Origin: Candidatus Bathyarchaeota archaeon | GTDB lineage: Archaea > Thermoproteota > Bathyarchaeia > Bathyarchaeales > Bathycorpusculaceae | Assembly (NCBI GenBank): GCA_963832745.1 | Contig: CAWHVC010000002.1 | Location: forward strand, 1-64,000 | DNA: 64,000 bases | Reading direction: 5' to 3' | Shown: positions 9,448 to 19,664 of the stretch, in pieces | How the letters are laid out: the number at the start of each line of letters is the position of its first letter | Numbering within the stretch: position 1 is the stretch's first letter | Made by a program: the position numbers and the translations under genes | Notes under the pieces: model-generated | Databases searched by the model: none | What the model was told of the DNA's origin: nothing | Seen by the model: only the letters and a program-made list of their open reading frames with translations

Positions 9448-10044
9448 TTGGCAAGCACAATCGACTATGAAGTACCAACATGGAACCAAATCTACGAAAT
9501 GCTCTTAGAACAATCAGAAAAAATCCGCAAAAACCATTACCAACCCGACATTATAGTCGGCATAGCACGAGGCGGATTAGTTCCAGCACGCATACTAACC
9601 GACCTGCTTGAAACCCCCCAAATAGCAACTATAAAAATCGAATTTTACGTTGACATAGCCCAACCAAGCATACAACCAATCCTAAAGCAGCCCCTAAATG
9701 TTCCAGTAAACAGCAAAAAGATCCTGTTAGTCGACGACATCTCCGACTCAGGTCAAAGCCTAAAAATGGCAAAACAACACCTCCAAGAGAAAGGCGCCAA
9801 TGAAACAAAAATTGCCACCTTATACGCCAAACCAACAACCCAAACCATGCCTGATTATGTAGAAAAGACTGCAGACCGCTGGATAGTTTTTCCTTGGGAA
9901 ATCAAAGAAACCCTAAGAAGCATCCTTCAAAAACAGGATGGGAAACGAGCCGCGAACCAAGAATTTGCAAAACTGGTAAAAGCTGGACTGCCCAAGCAAC
10001 TTACAGCAAGGATTCTTAAAACGCTTCAGGAGCCACAACCCTAA
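9448..10044 (+). CDS. Purine phosphoribosyltransferase family protein
   Basis: IVGIARGG, ILLVDDISDSGQS PRPP motif, WIVFPWE. Confidence 0.9.
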   Translation: MASTIDYEVPTWNQIYEMLLEQSEKIRKNHYQPDIIVGIARGGLVPARILTDLLETPQIATIKIEFYVDIAQPSIQPILKQPLNVPVNSKKILLVDDISDSGQSLKMAKQHLQEKGANETKIATLYAKPTTQTMPDYVEKTADRWIVFPWEIKETLRSILQKQDGKRAANQEFAKLVKAGLPKQLTARILKTLQEPQP

Positions 10045-10611
10045 ATGTTGCAGTGCTTTGAAGAATTCCAGTTTTACGCTGAAATCACTGGGTTTAAAAA
10101 CGTCCACTTTGAGCAGGCAGACGCTTACCTCAAAGCCAACCGGCAAGCAGGGCAACAAAAAGTTTGGATTCAATTCTTTAACTCAGACTTAATAGCCACC
10201 CAAGAACACCTTTACTTTGCCGTCCTAAATGCGCTCTATGCTTTTAGAAACCACACGAACCTTTCAAAAAGTTTAGCTATGGAAACTATGCTGTATGCTT
10301 CTTCGCAACGTCAGATACAAAAGGCAATTCAAGTAGTCGGCATTAAACCCGGCATGTCCGAGATGGCAGTGGCGATAATTGGAGCCGATGCTGGAATGGT
10401 TAAGGCTACTCTTAAAGACTTATCCATTAACTTGCAAGCCGAACCCTGTGACGCCGTGTTGGGTTTGACGCCAAAAAAGTCCAGTCAAATTAAGAAAACC
10501 TTCAACATTACAACCCCAATGATTGAAATCGCCGCAAAAAACAAGGCGGAAGATTTGGCTATTGTAGATTTAGTAGTTGAACAGGTCGCTTTGTTGGCTA
10601 CGGAGCTTTAA
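10045..10611 (+). CDS. cgi121: KEOPS complex subunit Cgi121
   Basis: IQFFNSDLIATQEHL..A; LAMETMLYASSQRQIQKAIQVVGIK. Confidence 0.88.
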   Translation: MLQCFEEFQFYAEITGFKNVHFEQADAYLKANRQAGQQKVWIQFFNSDLIATQEHLYFAVLNALYAFRNHTNLSKSLAMETMLYASSQRQIQKAIQVVGIKPGMSEMAVAIIGADAGMVKATLKDLSINLQAEPCDAVLGLTPKKSSQIKKTFNITTPMIEIAAKNKAEDLAIVDLVVEQVALLATEL

Positions 10612-11135
10612 AGCATTTTTTCTTTCAGAACCGAGATAATCTCATTGGGTTTTACAAGTGAAAGCCCGGTTACGGCGCCCATAATCTCAATTAGCAAGAT
10701 TTTGTTTGGATTCTTCATGTCTGCTTTGAGTTGAATTTCAGTGGCAATAGCCGAAATAATGTCAGATGAATGAAGCGTGGTGAAACGTTTTTCAATTGTT
10801 ATGCGGTATGTCTCGTTTTCTCCGATACGTTGCGCAAGCTCCAGCCCTGCCTGTTTAATTGATTCGAGCTCTGTTGGCACAACACGTTCAATCGGTATAA
10901 TGCGTAATGCAAAACGGAACTCGTAAGGCCGTTCACTAAGCAAGCCACGTAGCTTCTCAACAGTCTCGTAGGGGTCCAAACTGGTTTTTGCAACAATGAT
11001 GCCTCGAACACCAGTTTTTACTGCCGCCGCTTCTGGGTCGCCAAGCTGCTCTTTTAGCAGAAACAGGATTTCGTTCACCATGGCGCGTTCGTTTCCGCGT
11101 GCTGTGGATGCTAACAGGTTGAAGTCTTTAAGCAT
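10608..11135 (-). CDS. THUMP domain protein
   Basis: LRIIPIERVV, TYRITIEKR, ADMKNPNKILLIEIMG; start set to the ATG of MLKDFNLL. Confidence 0.88.
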   Translation of the reverse strand: MLKDFNLLASTARGNERAMVNEILFLLKEQLGDPEAAAVKTGVRGIIVAKTSLDPYETVEKLRGLLSERPYEFRFALRIIPIERVVPTELESIKQAGLELAQRIGENETYRITIEKRFTTLHSSDIISAIATEIQLKADMKNPNKILLIEIMGAVTGLSLVKPNEIISVLKEKML

Positions 11136-11250
11136 AAAGTATCGCCAATGAAAAGTGGACTGCAGGTTATTTTTGCTTTCCCTCCTGTAAACAAAAAATG
11201 GGTTAATTTTATGCGCCAGCATTTTGATTCTAAACCTGTTAGTGGCGGTT

Positions 11251-11392
11251 CTATGTTGCTGCCAACCTATTTGGCGTCTATTTGGAGCCTATTAGAAATA
11301 GTGTGCAGAAAACTACAGGGGGTAAGTCAAACCCTGCTCAAAACTTCTGAAAACCCAAAACACTAAGAGTGCAGGTGCTAATGGCTGAAAAC
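11251..11392 (+). repeat. Dispersed intergenic repeat, copy 1
   Basis: 39 bp (11264-11302) identical to 31448-31486; similarity continues to GTGCTAATGGCTGAAAA. Confidence 0.85.
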
Positions 11393-11528
11393 AGTGTCGA
11401 AAAGTATTAAAAAAGTGAAAATGTGCTTGTGGCAAGCTAGTCAATACTTTATTGGCGACAAGGCTTCGCGTTTTTGCAAGAAACATTAAATTCAAGGCAT
11501 TAGATTGTTCTCTTAAGAGTGAAAGGTT

Positions 11529-11852
11529 ATGTTCCGTGTTAGAGTCAACAAAATCGAATCAACCCGCGACGTAGACGGAAACCTGGGCAAAAGAATAGAG
11601 CTCCTCGAAGAACGAGAAGTAAACCCCTACGTTGTAAGACCTCAAACAGACGAAGCAAAAATGGCACAAGACATCATGCAAGCGCTTCAACAACAAATGC
11701 CGTTCCTACCTCAACGCACGCAAATGGCGACACCAAAAATTATCCTGTTCCTGACCGAGCAAGAATACGACAGTATAGGCATAGCCTTTGACGTAAACCA
11801 AGTTTACGAAGTAGTGCTGGAAAATCAGTCAATCCGCTTCATGAAAGTTTAA
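11529..11852 (+). CDS. Arcadin-1 (Rkd-1)-like protein
   Basis: N-terminal strands ..KRIELLEE, central helix, PKIILFLTEQEYDSIG..DVNQVYEV; resembles Pyrobaculum arcadin-1 from memory. Confidence 0.75.
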   Translation: MFRVRVNKIESTRDVDGNLGKRIELLEEREVNPYVVRPQTDEAKMAQDIMQALQQQMPFLPQRTQMATPKIILFLTEQEYDSIGIAFDVNQVYEVVLENQSIRFMKV

Positions 11853-12183
11853 CGATTTCACTACGCATCTGTCTTAACGTGTTATGCTGTGGGTGAAACG
11901 AAAGCACAAACATCATGTTACGCAGAGCAGAACTGATTTCTTCAAAATCAGCCATTTTTCCTTCATCACAATAAAGCGGAACAGGTTCCCCTTCGCCGCA
12001 TTCATAGTAAACGTAGATTGGGGCTCCGGTTTTTTTGAATTTTACAATGCCGAAATCCATGTTTAAGCGTTTAGCGGTTTGTTCTGCGGCGGTTTTTACG
12101 GATTCTAAGCGTTCCTTTGAAGGTAACCCTGTGGACTCGTAAACCAATAATTTTCCAGTGTTGCTTTTGTACATGAGCTTCAC
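11839..12183 (-). CDS. Hypothetical protein
   Basis: 114-aa ORF with globular composition, convergent with arcadin-1. Confidence 0.7.
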   Translation of the reverse strand: MKLMYKSNTGKLLVYESTGLPSKERLESVKTAAEQTAKRLNMDFGIVKFKKTGAPIYVYYECGEGEPVPLYCDEGKMADFEEISSALRNMMFVLSFHPQHNTLRQMRSEIVKLS

Positions 12184-12326
12184 GGCAGTGCATCGGCTGA
12201 TTTTGTTTATAAGCCCTGTTTAGAAACGACCTCTCAAGTCTGGGCAGGGGTCGGTTAAAGTGAAAATGTGGTTGCACGTTGTTGTCACAACAGCTTAAAA
12301 ACTCAACTAAGCCTATTGATTTGAGG

Positions 12327-12797
12327 ATGACTTTTTTGCAAGAGCAAGGTTGGCAGCCTCCTAAATGGTGGTACCGCAAAAACCGTCCAGAATCAGACAA
12401 CGAGTATTTTGAGAATATGAGCCGCGTCATTTTAGAGGCTGGCTTAAACTGGCATGTTATCGATAAAAAATGGGATACAATTAAGGCGGCATTTGAGGGT
12501 TTTTCTGTTGAGAAAGTCAGTGTGTTCAGTGATGCAGATATTGAACGGCTGCTTTTGGACAAGGGAGTTGTGCGGAACAGAAACAAAATCGAAGGTATAA
12601 TCAATAATTCTCTTCAATTCCGAAAGATACACCGAAAGTACGGTTCCTTCCAAAACTATTTAGACAGCCTAGACAAATCTGGCAATTACGCAAACGTAAT
12701 AAAAAAACTCACACGCGACTTCAAAAGGTTAGGCAAATCCTCTGCTGCCCTGTTTCTTTACTCCGTGGCAGAGAACATTAGTCCATGGGAATATTAA
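12327..12797 (+). CDS. tag: DNA-3-methyladenine glycosylase I family protein
   Basis: YFE..ILEAGLNW..KKW..AFEGF..D.GVVRNRNKIEG..N. Confidence 0.85.
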   Translation: MTFLQEQGWQPPKWWYRKNRPESDNEYFENMSRVILEAGLNWHVIDKKWDTIKAAFEGFSVEKVSVFSDADIERLLLDKGVVRNRNKIEGIINNSLQFRKIHRKYGSFQNYLDSLDKSGNYANVIKKLTRDFKRLGKSSAALFLYSVAENISPWEY

Positions 12798-12824
12798 TTA
12801 AAGCAAATCCTAAAGACTGTTGGC

Positions 12825-13100
12825 ATGACAAAAACCAGAGCGCACATTTACGTAACCGGTAAAGTCCAAGGCGTCTTTTTCAGGCAAAACACTAAACGGC
12901 AAGCGCAGAGCCGCGGCGTTTGCGGTTGGGTATGCAATCTTCCAGACGGACGGGTGGAAGCGGTTTTTGAAGGTGAAGAAGCAGATGTTATGGAAGTTGT
13001 AAATTATTGTCGGCATGGACCATCTTTTGCTAAAGTTGAAAATTTTGAATTAGCTTTTGAAGGTTTTAAAGGCGAATTTACCGGTTTCAGCATAGTTTAG
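12825..13100 (+). CDS. acyP: Acylphosphatase
   Basis: GKVQGVFFR, GWVCNLPDGRVEAVFEG. Confidence 0.95.
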   Translation: MTKTRAHIYVTGKVQGVFFRQNTKRQAQSRGVCGWVCNLPDGRVEAVFEGEEADVMEVVNYCRHGPSFAKVENFELAFEGFKGEFTGFSIV

Positions 13101-13161
13101 GTGTTTGCTTAGAATTTAACAGTTAAATTTGGGTTTAGGAACTTACCTTAGAGGGTACGGC

Positions 13162-13701
13162 ATGAAGATTCTTGGTTTAGTTGGAAGTCCCCGAGTTGGA
13201 AGTAACACTGATATGCTTGTAACTTCAATTCTTGAAGGTGCAAACGACAACAAGAATTCAACAGAAAAAATTTACCTTTACCCTTTAGACATCAAAACCT
13301 GTGTAGACTGCAAAGCATGCAAAAAAGGCAGCCTTCAATGCACACTTAAAGACGACATGAAAACGCTTTACCCTAAACTTGAAGAGGCTGATGTAATCGT
13401 TTTTGGAACGCCGCTTTACTGGTATGGGCCTTCGGCAAAAATGAAACTCCTAATCGACAGGTTGCGTCCCTTTGTTGTTTCAAAAAAGCTTGCGGGCAAA
13501 AAAGCCGTTTTGGTGGTCCCGTCTGAGGAAGGAGCCGCGGCTTGTAACCTTACTGTTGGAATGTTTCATTTGTCTTTCAAGTATTTAGAAGTGGATTTGA
13601 CTGATGTTTTGTTGCCAACAGCGTCTGAATTTGCTGAAGTTAAAAAGCAGTCTCAAGTTCTTAAAGAAGCATTTGGGATAGGAAAAAAACTTTCAGTTTA
13701 A
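13162..13701 (+). CDS. Iron-sulfur flavoprotein / NADPH-dependent FMN reductase family
   Basis: GSPRVGSNT, CxxCxxC-x5-C..DDM, GTPLYW. Confidence 0.9.
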   Translation: MKILGLVGSPRVGSNTDMLVTSILEGANDNKNSTEKIYLYPLDIKTCVDCKACKKGSLQCTLKDDMKTLYPKLEEADVIVFGTPLYWYGPSAKMKLLIDRLRPFVVSKKLAGKKAVLVVPSEEGAAACNLTVGMFHLSFKYLEVDLTDVLLPTASEFAEVKKQSQVLKEAFGIGKKLSV

Positions 13702-14156
13702 GGTTTTTTCTTTGGTACACGGAAGTGGCTGTCTTTTCCGGCGCTGATATATTCGCCGCCCATTCCTCGGACTGCTGAGGCGATTTTGGCGAAGTTGTCG
13801 CTGCCAAGGAACATTTTTGGTTTAATTGTGATGTACTCGCCTTTATCTTCGAAACCTAAGCGAGCTTCTAATTCTTCTGGGAAGGACATGCGGACATCGT
13901 CAAGTGAGCGCAGTTTGGTTCCAGTTGGAAGCGTTGATGTTGGAGCTGCTGGTGGAGGTGTGTAGACTGGTTTAGGTGCTGATGCCACTGGTTTAGGTGC
14001 ATGCGCTGGTTGGGCGGTTGTTTGTGTTTGCTCTACTGAAAGAAGCTTTATGGAAGCTGAAATTGACCGTAACTCTTCAGAAACCTTATTCATAGTAACT
14101 AATAGCTCATCAACTCTTGCAGATAGCTGATTAAGCTTTTCTTTATCAGTGCTCAC
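13698..14156 (-). CDS. Hypothetical protein (coiled coil, Pro-rich linker, small C-terminal domain)
   Basis: N-terminal heptads, APKP repeats, globular C-terminus FLGSDNFAKIAS..GGEYISAGKDSHFRVP. Confidence 0.75.
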   Translation of the reverse strand: MSTDKEKLNQLSARVDELLVTMNKVSEELRSISASIKLLSVEQTQTTAQPAHAPKPVASAPKPVYTPPPAAPTSTLPTGTKLRSLDDVRMSFPEELEARLGFEDKGEYITIKPKMFLGSDNFAKIASAVRGMGGEYISAGKDSHFRVPKKKP

Positions 14157-14232
14157 GTGTACGCTTCCTCAAACCCTAAAAATAACCCGGACGCTTATTA
14201 AATTTATTTGCAACCAAAATGTGAGTTAACTG

Positions 14233-15270
14233 ATGTTTGAGATTGATGGTAGCCAAAAAAGTGGAAGCGGCACACTCCTACGCCTATCAGTTGCGTTGTC
14301 GGCAATTACGCAGCAGCCCCTGCACATCTGTAACATTCGTCAGAGTAGGCCTCAACCGGGGCTAAAGCGGCAGCATCTGGAAGCCGTATTAACAGCCGCC
14401 AAACTGTGCAACGCCAAAGTTGAAGGCGCCAAACTATCATCAAGGGAACTCTGGTTCACACCAAACCCAATCGAGGGTGGCAATGTTGAGGCTGAAATTG
14501 AAACCGCGGGCAGCATCCCCATGCTTTTAATGGCGGCGCTTCCGATCTGTCTTTTTGCCAAAAACCCGGTAAAGCTACATGTAGCTAAAGGTGGAACCGA
14601 CACCACACACGCCCCAACAATCAACTATCTGCGGTTCGTGTTGCTTCCAACACTGCGAAGAATGGGGGTAGAAGCAGAGATTACAGTGCAGAAGTACGGT
14701 TACTACCCGAAAGGTATGGGTGAAGCAACAATGACTGTAAAACCCAATCCTGCCCTAAAGCCTATTCAACTTGAATGCTTTGGTAAACTCGTAAGCGTCA
14801 ACGGCGTTTCCGTCTGCACTTTCCTTGCTGACCGACAAGTTGCACAACGCCAAGCCCAAGCCGCACAGGAAATCTTAACCAAAAACAGTTACCACCCCCA
14901 AATACAAATTGTAAATGACCAGTCAAACCCATACCAGAAAGGCAGTTCAATCGCTTTGTGGGCTGAAACAGATACGGAGGTTCTTGTGGGTGCAGATGCG
15001 CTTGGGGAACTGCGCAAAACAAGCGAAGCTGTTGGAAGGGAAGCTGCAGAAAAACTGGTTACGGAGTTGCGGGCTGAGCCGACGGTTGACTTGTTTCTGG
15101 CGGACATGCTTATACCATACATGGCGCTGGCAGATGGTAAATCGTTTTTCTACACGCGCTGCCTATCAGAACACATTGAAGCTAACATTTGGCTAATGGA
15201 AACCATGCTAAACACGGGCTTTAGTATTGAAAAAGTAAATAACTTGTATCGAGTAGAGAAAACCCGCTGA
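14233..15270 (+). CDS. rtcA: RNA 3'-terminal phosphate cyclase
   Basis: IDGS..SGTLLR, RPQPGLKRQH, GGTD, GYYPKG, D.FLADML, SEHIEAN. Confidence 0.93.
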   Translation: MFEIDGSQKSGSGTLLRLSVALSAITQQPLHICNIRQSRPQPGLKRQHLEAVLTAAKLCNAKVEGAKLSSRELWFTPNPIEGGNVEAEIETAGSIPMLLMAALPICLFAKNPVKLHVAKGGTDTTHAPTINYLRFVLLPTLRRMGVEAEITVQKYGYYPKGMGEATMTVKPNPALKPIQLECFGKLVSVNGVSVCTFLADRQVAQRQAQAAQEILTKNSYHPQIQIVNDQSNPYQKGSSIALWAETDTEVLVGADALGELRKTSEAVGREAAEKLVTELRAEPTVDLFLADMLIPYMALADGKSFFYTRCLSEHIEANIWLMETMLNTGFSIEKVNNLYRVEKTR

Positions 15271-15275
15271 ACACT

Positions 15276-16343
15276 ATGCAACACTCGGTTTGCCTGAAAG
15301 TGCCTAAAAGTTTGGGTGAAAACGTCATTTCTTTAGTTCACAAACTGGAACTCATCAACAAGGCACTGCTGATTCAGAGGCAAGATGAGCAGCTTTGGGT
15401 TCCACTTGTAAGACAGCCCAACGAAACCGAGTTGGCACAGTTGAAAGCGATAGCTCCCCAATTACAGGTCGCTTCTAAAGACTTTGCTCAAAAACGCCTC
15501 GCCGAAGAAACCCTAACACAAGCCCTCGAAAAACTGTTACCCCCTGAACTTCACCCCAAGATTCCGCACTCACTTGATATGGTTGGCGACATAGCAATTA
15601 TCGAAATCCCAGACGAGCTAAAAGCCTATGAAACTATCATCGGGCATGCCATTCTTAAAGCTCACAAGAACATTAAAAGCGCTCATGCAAAAGCAGGAGC
15701 CATAAGCGGCGTTTACCGCATCCGAGAACTCACTCATATAGCTGGTGAAAACAGGACCAGAACTGTCTACAATGAATACGGTTGCCAGTACCATGTGGAT
15801 GTGGCTAAAGCCTACTTTTCTCCAAGACTATCTCAGGAGCATCATCGCGTAGCAGCCCAAGTTAAGGCTGGCGAAGTAGTAGCAGACCTTTTCGCGGGTG
15901 TTGGACCATTTGCCATACCTATTGGGAAAAGGTGTCCTGAAGCAAAAGTGTACGCAGTCGACATTAACCCTGACGCGGTTGAACTGCTCAAAATCAACGC
16001 GAAAGTCAACAGAGTTGAAGACCAAGTTTACCCTTTGCTGGGAGATGCACGAGAACTAGCCAAAGGCAATCTATCTGGAGTTGCTGACAGGGTGATTATG
16101 AATTTGCCTGAAACCGCAATAGATTTTGTTGACGCCGCATGTCAAACCCTAAAGCCTACGGGTGGAGTGGTACATTTTTATGGGTTTATCCGAAAGCCCG
16201 ACACGATTGAATACTTGAAGGCACGTTTTACAGGTTTGGTTGAGCAGCAGGGCAGAAAAGTAATAGCGTTCCAATGTGCTAAAAGTGTCAGGGAAACTGC
16301 GCCTTACGAGCAGCAAATGGTTTTAGATGTCCAAATATGCTAG
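15276..16343 (+). CDS. trm5: tRNA (guanine37-N1) methyltransferase Trm5 / Met-10+ family
   Basis: DMVGDIAI, YFSPRLSQE, DLFAGVGPF, DRVIMNLP. Confidence 0.88.
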   Translation: MQHSVCLKVPKSLGENVISLVHKLELINKALLIQRQDEQLWVPLVRQPNETELAQLKAIAPQLQVASKDFAQKRLAEETLTQALEKLLPPELHPKIPHSLDMVGDIAIIEIPDELKAYETIIGHAILKAHKNIKSAHAKAGAISGVYRIRELTHIAGENRTRTVYNEYGCQYHVDVAKAYFSPRLSQEHHRVAAQVKAGEVVADLFAGVGPFAIPIGKRCPEAKVYAVDINPDAVELLKINAKVNRVEDQVYPLLGDARELAKGNLSGVADRVIMNLPETAIDFVDAACQTLKPTGGVVHFYGFIRKPDTIEYLKARFTGLVEQQGRKVIAFQCAKSVRETAPYEQQMVLDVQIC

Positions 16344-16816
16344 CGCCTTTTTTGTTCTTTTAACAGGATTCTGGCTCTAAGCGGCAACTCTGGTCTAATG
16401 CTCTTATTTACCATCGAAAAGAAAGCCCCAAGAAAAATCAGTACAACCCCCAAAACTGCTACGCTCTCTAAAGGAACCAGCTTCAACTCAATAAGCAGAG
16501 TGCATGCGATGAGTATTATTCCTGTTGCAGCCAACACCTGATTGCTTCTTGACGCTGTGGTTTGGAAAGCAAACTCTTTCTTGCCTGATTCCGTAACTGT
16601 GAAGTAGCCCTCTTTTTCTTCAAGCATTCCCGAGTCAACAAGATAATTCCAGTCATGATGAAAATGCCCGTCTGACTTGTAACCTAAAGCAGCACAAATT
16701 TGCGATTTAACTCCGGGAACAGCCTGAACTCTACAGTGTGGCGCTGAATAAATTAGGTACAGCAGTTTTGTTCTTGGCGCCTGTATGTCAGTGTTTATTC
16801 CCCGGGTTTTTGCCAA
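16340..16816 (-). CDS. wHTH-like domain plus two C-terminal TM helices
   Basis: YLVDSGMLEE..FTVTESGK wing motif followed by two hydrophobic helices. Confidence 0.6.
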   Translation of the reverse strand: MAKTRGINTDIQAPRTKLLYLIYSAPHCRVQAVPGVKSQICAALGYKSDGHFHHDWNYLVDSGMLEEKEGYFTVTESGKKEFAFQTTASRSNQVLAATGIILIACTLLIELKLVPLESVAVLGVVLIFLGAFFSMVNKSIRPELPLRARILLKEQKRR

Positions 16817-16973
16817 TTACACTTCAACCTACCATGTGCGCAGTTCAATCTTAGTTTGTTGTTTTTGGTGATTGGTACTGCTGTTTTAAATATGACTCTA
16901 TGTCTTAGAGTTCAAACCTCTTTATGGTAGGGCTATACCCAACGGTTTAACACCAATTATGCAGTGACAAAAA

Positions 16974-17651
16974 ATGAACAGCAAAACCAGCTCAACCAAT
17001 CAACGCACTCTTATCCTGCTTTCAATTTTATTCTTAGCTTGCTTCCTATCGCTTGCTGTTTGGCGAAATTCACTTTTAAGTGTAAACCAATCCGTGAATT
17101 TGTGGTCAGCAAACCTTCACTTGGGCAGCGGGGTAATGCAAGGCGTCTTTGTGGTTTCAGACTTATTTGATACCGTTGTCTTGTTTGTTGCCAGTTTGCC
17201 AATTGCAGCCATACTGTTTTATAAAAAGTACAAGACGGATGCGTTTCTTCTTGTTGGCGCGATGGGTGTTGACGCAGTAGTCCTTACTGCCCTTAAAACG
17301 TTGGTTGTTTCACCCAGACCATTAGACGGTTTAATCCTTGAAGACAGCTATTCTTTTCCAAGCGGACACGTTACAAGCATAATTGTGCTTTTAGGCATCT
17401 TGACTTTTATTATGTGGCGAAACAGCCAAACACTAAAACCAAAAATTGCCATGGGTGTCGTATCAGCGGTTTTAATTATAATGGTGGCTTTTGACAGAAT
17501 AATCCTTAACGTTCATTGGTTAACTGACATTTTGGCGGCTCCATTTCTGGCACTGTTCATTGTTTCAACTGCGATACTTGTCATTCCACCTCTGATAGGA
17601 AAACTTCAAAAAAGTGGCAGTTTGAGTTTTCTGTTTGGCTCTAAAGCTTAG
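16974..17651 (+). CDS. PAP2 family membrane phosphatase
   Basis: K..V.SPRP, SFPSGH, R...NVHWLTDI. Confidence 0.9.
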   Translation: MNSKTSSTNQRTLILLSILFLACFLSLAVWRNSLLSVNQSVNLWSANLHLGSGVMQGVFVVSDLFDTVVLFVASLPIAAILFYKKYKTDAFLLVGAMGVDAVVLTALKTLVVSPRPLDGLILEDSYSFPSGHVTSIIVLLGILTFIMWRNSQTLKPKIAMGVVSAVLIIMVAFDRIILNVHWLTDILAAPFLALFIVSTAILVIPPLIGKLQKSGSLSFLFGSKA

Positions 17652-17720
17652 AGTGCCTACTCTCAATGGTAGAGCTATAACCCACTTAGAAGTTCACTAC
17701 GTGTAGCGTGAAAAATTAAG

Positions 17721-17990
17721 ATGCAGGAAAGACTCGAAGCAGCCTTCGAATACGCAATGGACCATCCCGAAGCACTCATGATAATCAGCGGCACAATCTT
17801 CGGCTTAATATCCATACTAACAGTTCCCTTTGACACAGCAACCACGTCTTTTCTTAGAATCATGTCTATCGGCTTAATCGCTTTCGGCATCCTATTTTAC
17901 GTGCTACGCCTTGGGCTGCGATTCTTAACACGCGTCTTTCACAGGCTCTTTCGTATGAGAATCACTTTCGATGATGACAAAACAGACTAG
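17721..17990 (+). CDS. Small membrane protein
   Basis: Two TM segments; within a co-directional membrane gene cluster. Confidence 0.65.
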   Translation: MQERLEAAFEYAMDHPEALMIISGTIFGLISILTVPFDTATTSFLRIMSIGLIAFGILFYVLRLGLRFLTRVFHRLFRMRITFDDDKTD

Positions 17991-18003
17991 AGGCTAAAAC
18001 TGT

Positions 18004-18585
18004 ATGATACCGTTTATTGAGATGCTAATCGTTTTCGCGACAGCGTTTGGGTTTGGCTTAATTCCTTTTGCTGGGCCCTCAACGTTGTTTATAGCATCTA
18101 ACGCGGCAGTAATTCTTGGTGCAACCGATGCCACCACCTTAGTGCTGATTGGTTTCTTGGTGGCAATTGGTTCAGCCTTGGCAAAAAGCGTGCATTACCT
18201 AACAACGTTTGTTATTAGCAAACGTTTAAGCGCGGAAAGACAGCAGCGTCTAAACGCTGACGCAAAACTCGTTAACCGTTGGGCTTTTCTGCTTCTCTTT
18301 GCGGCTGCATCAACACCTATTCCTGATGACCCAATTGTCATTCCACTTGGCTTAACCAAGTATAGTCCATACAAGTTTTTCTCTGCATACTTTTTAGGAA
18401 AACTTATCATTACCGTTTCAGGCGCTTTTTTGGGCATTTGGACAGAGCAACAATTTGCTGGATGGTTATCTCCTGAAGTTACAATTGCAGTTTCAGTTGC
18501 TTTAACTATAATTATTACGATTGTTCTGTTGAAAGTCGATTTAGGCAAATTAACAGAAAAAATTAGTCGGAGATTAAAGCTTTGA
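18004..18585 (+). CDS. DedA/VTT (SNARE-associated) family membrane protein
   Basis: ASTPIPDD..IPLGL..Y..F..GK motif. Confidence 0.82.
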   Translation: MIPFIEMLIVFATAFGFGLIPFAGPSTLFIASNAAVILGATDATTLVLIGFLVAIGSALAKSVHYLTTFVISKRLSAERQQRLNADAKLVNRWAFLLLFAAASTPIPDDPIVIPLGLTKYSPYKFFSAYFLGKLIITVSGAFLGIWTEQQFAGWLSPEVTIAVSVALTIIITIVLLKVDLGKLTEKISRRLKL

Positions 18586-19664
18586 ATTCTAAACGGTTAC
18601 GTACTCTATTTATTCCCGTTCAAGCAGCGGTTAGCATCTTAATACTTTACCTGCTTTTCCAAAACGTGAATCTGTCTCAAGCAGAAAACATTCTAACAAA
18701 CATAAATATCCCCATACTGATGTCATCCATAGTCTTCTTTATCCTATCATCCTTCGCAATCAGTTTTGCACTTCACGGAGCCCTAAAAAGCCTAAAAGTT
18801 GCGCCATCCTTTAAAGCCACTACACTTGCCAATTTTGGTGGTCAACTCTTAAGTGACGTAACCCCCGCCAAGTCAGGATACTTTGCTACTCCTGTACTGC
18901 TTAATCAGCTTGAAAAAGTGCCCATCGAGAAAGGCTTAATGGGCGTCATGGCTGTTGGGGCAGGCAACTTTTTCGTAAAAGCATCCTTCTCCACACTTGC
19001 GCTTCTTTACTTCTTAACACGCATACCCAGCAGTATAATTGATGCTTCAATGACTAACGCGTTGATTGCAGGCATACTAGTGCTTCTTGCATGCGGAGTA
19101 GGCTTAACCATTCTGGTCTGGACAAACTATTTCTCTGGTCTGCTTCTAAAACTTGCAAAAATTCCCCTTGTGGGCATTGTAATTAAGAAGCTACAGGAAG
19201 TCCGTTCAATGTTCACCAACGACAAGGCAGCACTGCGTGGCTCCCTAAAAGTAACCGTCATTTCCGTGTTAGGTTCCATAATTTTCAGCGGAATATCCCT
19301 GTTTCTGCTGGCACAAGCAATAGGCATGACTGAACCCAGCTTTGTTGACATGTTGTTTATGGGTCCATTAACTGCCGCCTTCATGTACGTGCCCATAACT
19401 TTTGCGGGGCTCGGCTTACAGGAAGCTGCTTACGCTTTCCTATTAACAGGCATAAGCACGCAGCCAACAGTGATTCTTCCCTACGCCATAACTTTTGCAT
19501 TACTAGCTAGGTTAATTGCTACCACAACTGACCTTGTCGGTTTGCCCCCTGTCCTCAAAACAAGCACAGGACTGATAGGTAGACTTCATAGTAAATTTTC
19601 AAAAAACCCTTCATCAGAAAAAGCGAAGCTGCAAGAACCGTTAAGAGGTGAAAAGCTTGGATAA
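18582..19664 (+). CDS. Lysylphosphatidylglycerol synthase TM / flippase-like (UPF0104) protein
   Basis: SDVTPAKSG, PITFAGLGLQEAA, multiple TM helices. Confidence 0.85.
   Translation: MNSKRLRTLFIPVQAAVSILILYLLFQNVNLSQAENILTNINIPILMSSIVFFILSSFAISFALHGALKSLKVAPSFKATTLANFGGQLLSDVTPAKSGYFATPVLLNQLEKVPIEKGLMGVMAVGAGNFFVKASFSTLALLYFLTRIPSSIIDASMTNALIAGILVLLACGVGLTILVWTNYFSGLLLKLAKIPLVGIVIKKLQEVRSMFTNDKAALRGSLKVTVISVLGSIIFSGISLFLLAQAIGMTEPSFVDMLFMGPLTAAFMYVPITFAGLGLQEAAYAFLLTGISTQPTVILPYAITFALLARLIATTTDLVGLPPVLKTSTGLIGRLHSKFSKNPSSEKAKLQEPLRGEKLG

Noticed and set aside
11263-11295. 11-bp tandem units as a CRISPR array or iterons of an origin
   Set aside because: Only three short degenerate units, no spacers, and no cas or cdc6/orc gene nearby
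11148-11495. ORFs 11148-11366 (+) and 11313-11495 (-), also 31560-31796, overlapping the dispersed repeat
   Set aside because: Start, frame and stop are not preserved between repeat copies; a short conserved peptide cannot be fully excluded
12071-12604. 177-aa minus-strand ORF and other long antisense ORFs (e.g. 31001-31393, 53015-53938, 57242-57673)
   Set aside because: Shadow ORFs opposite well-supported genes; no recognisable motifs
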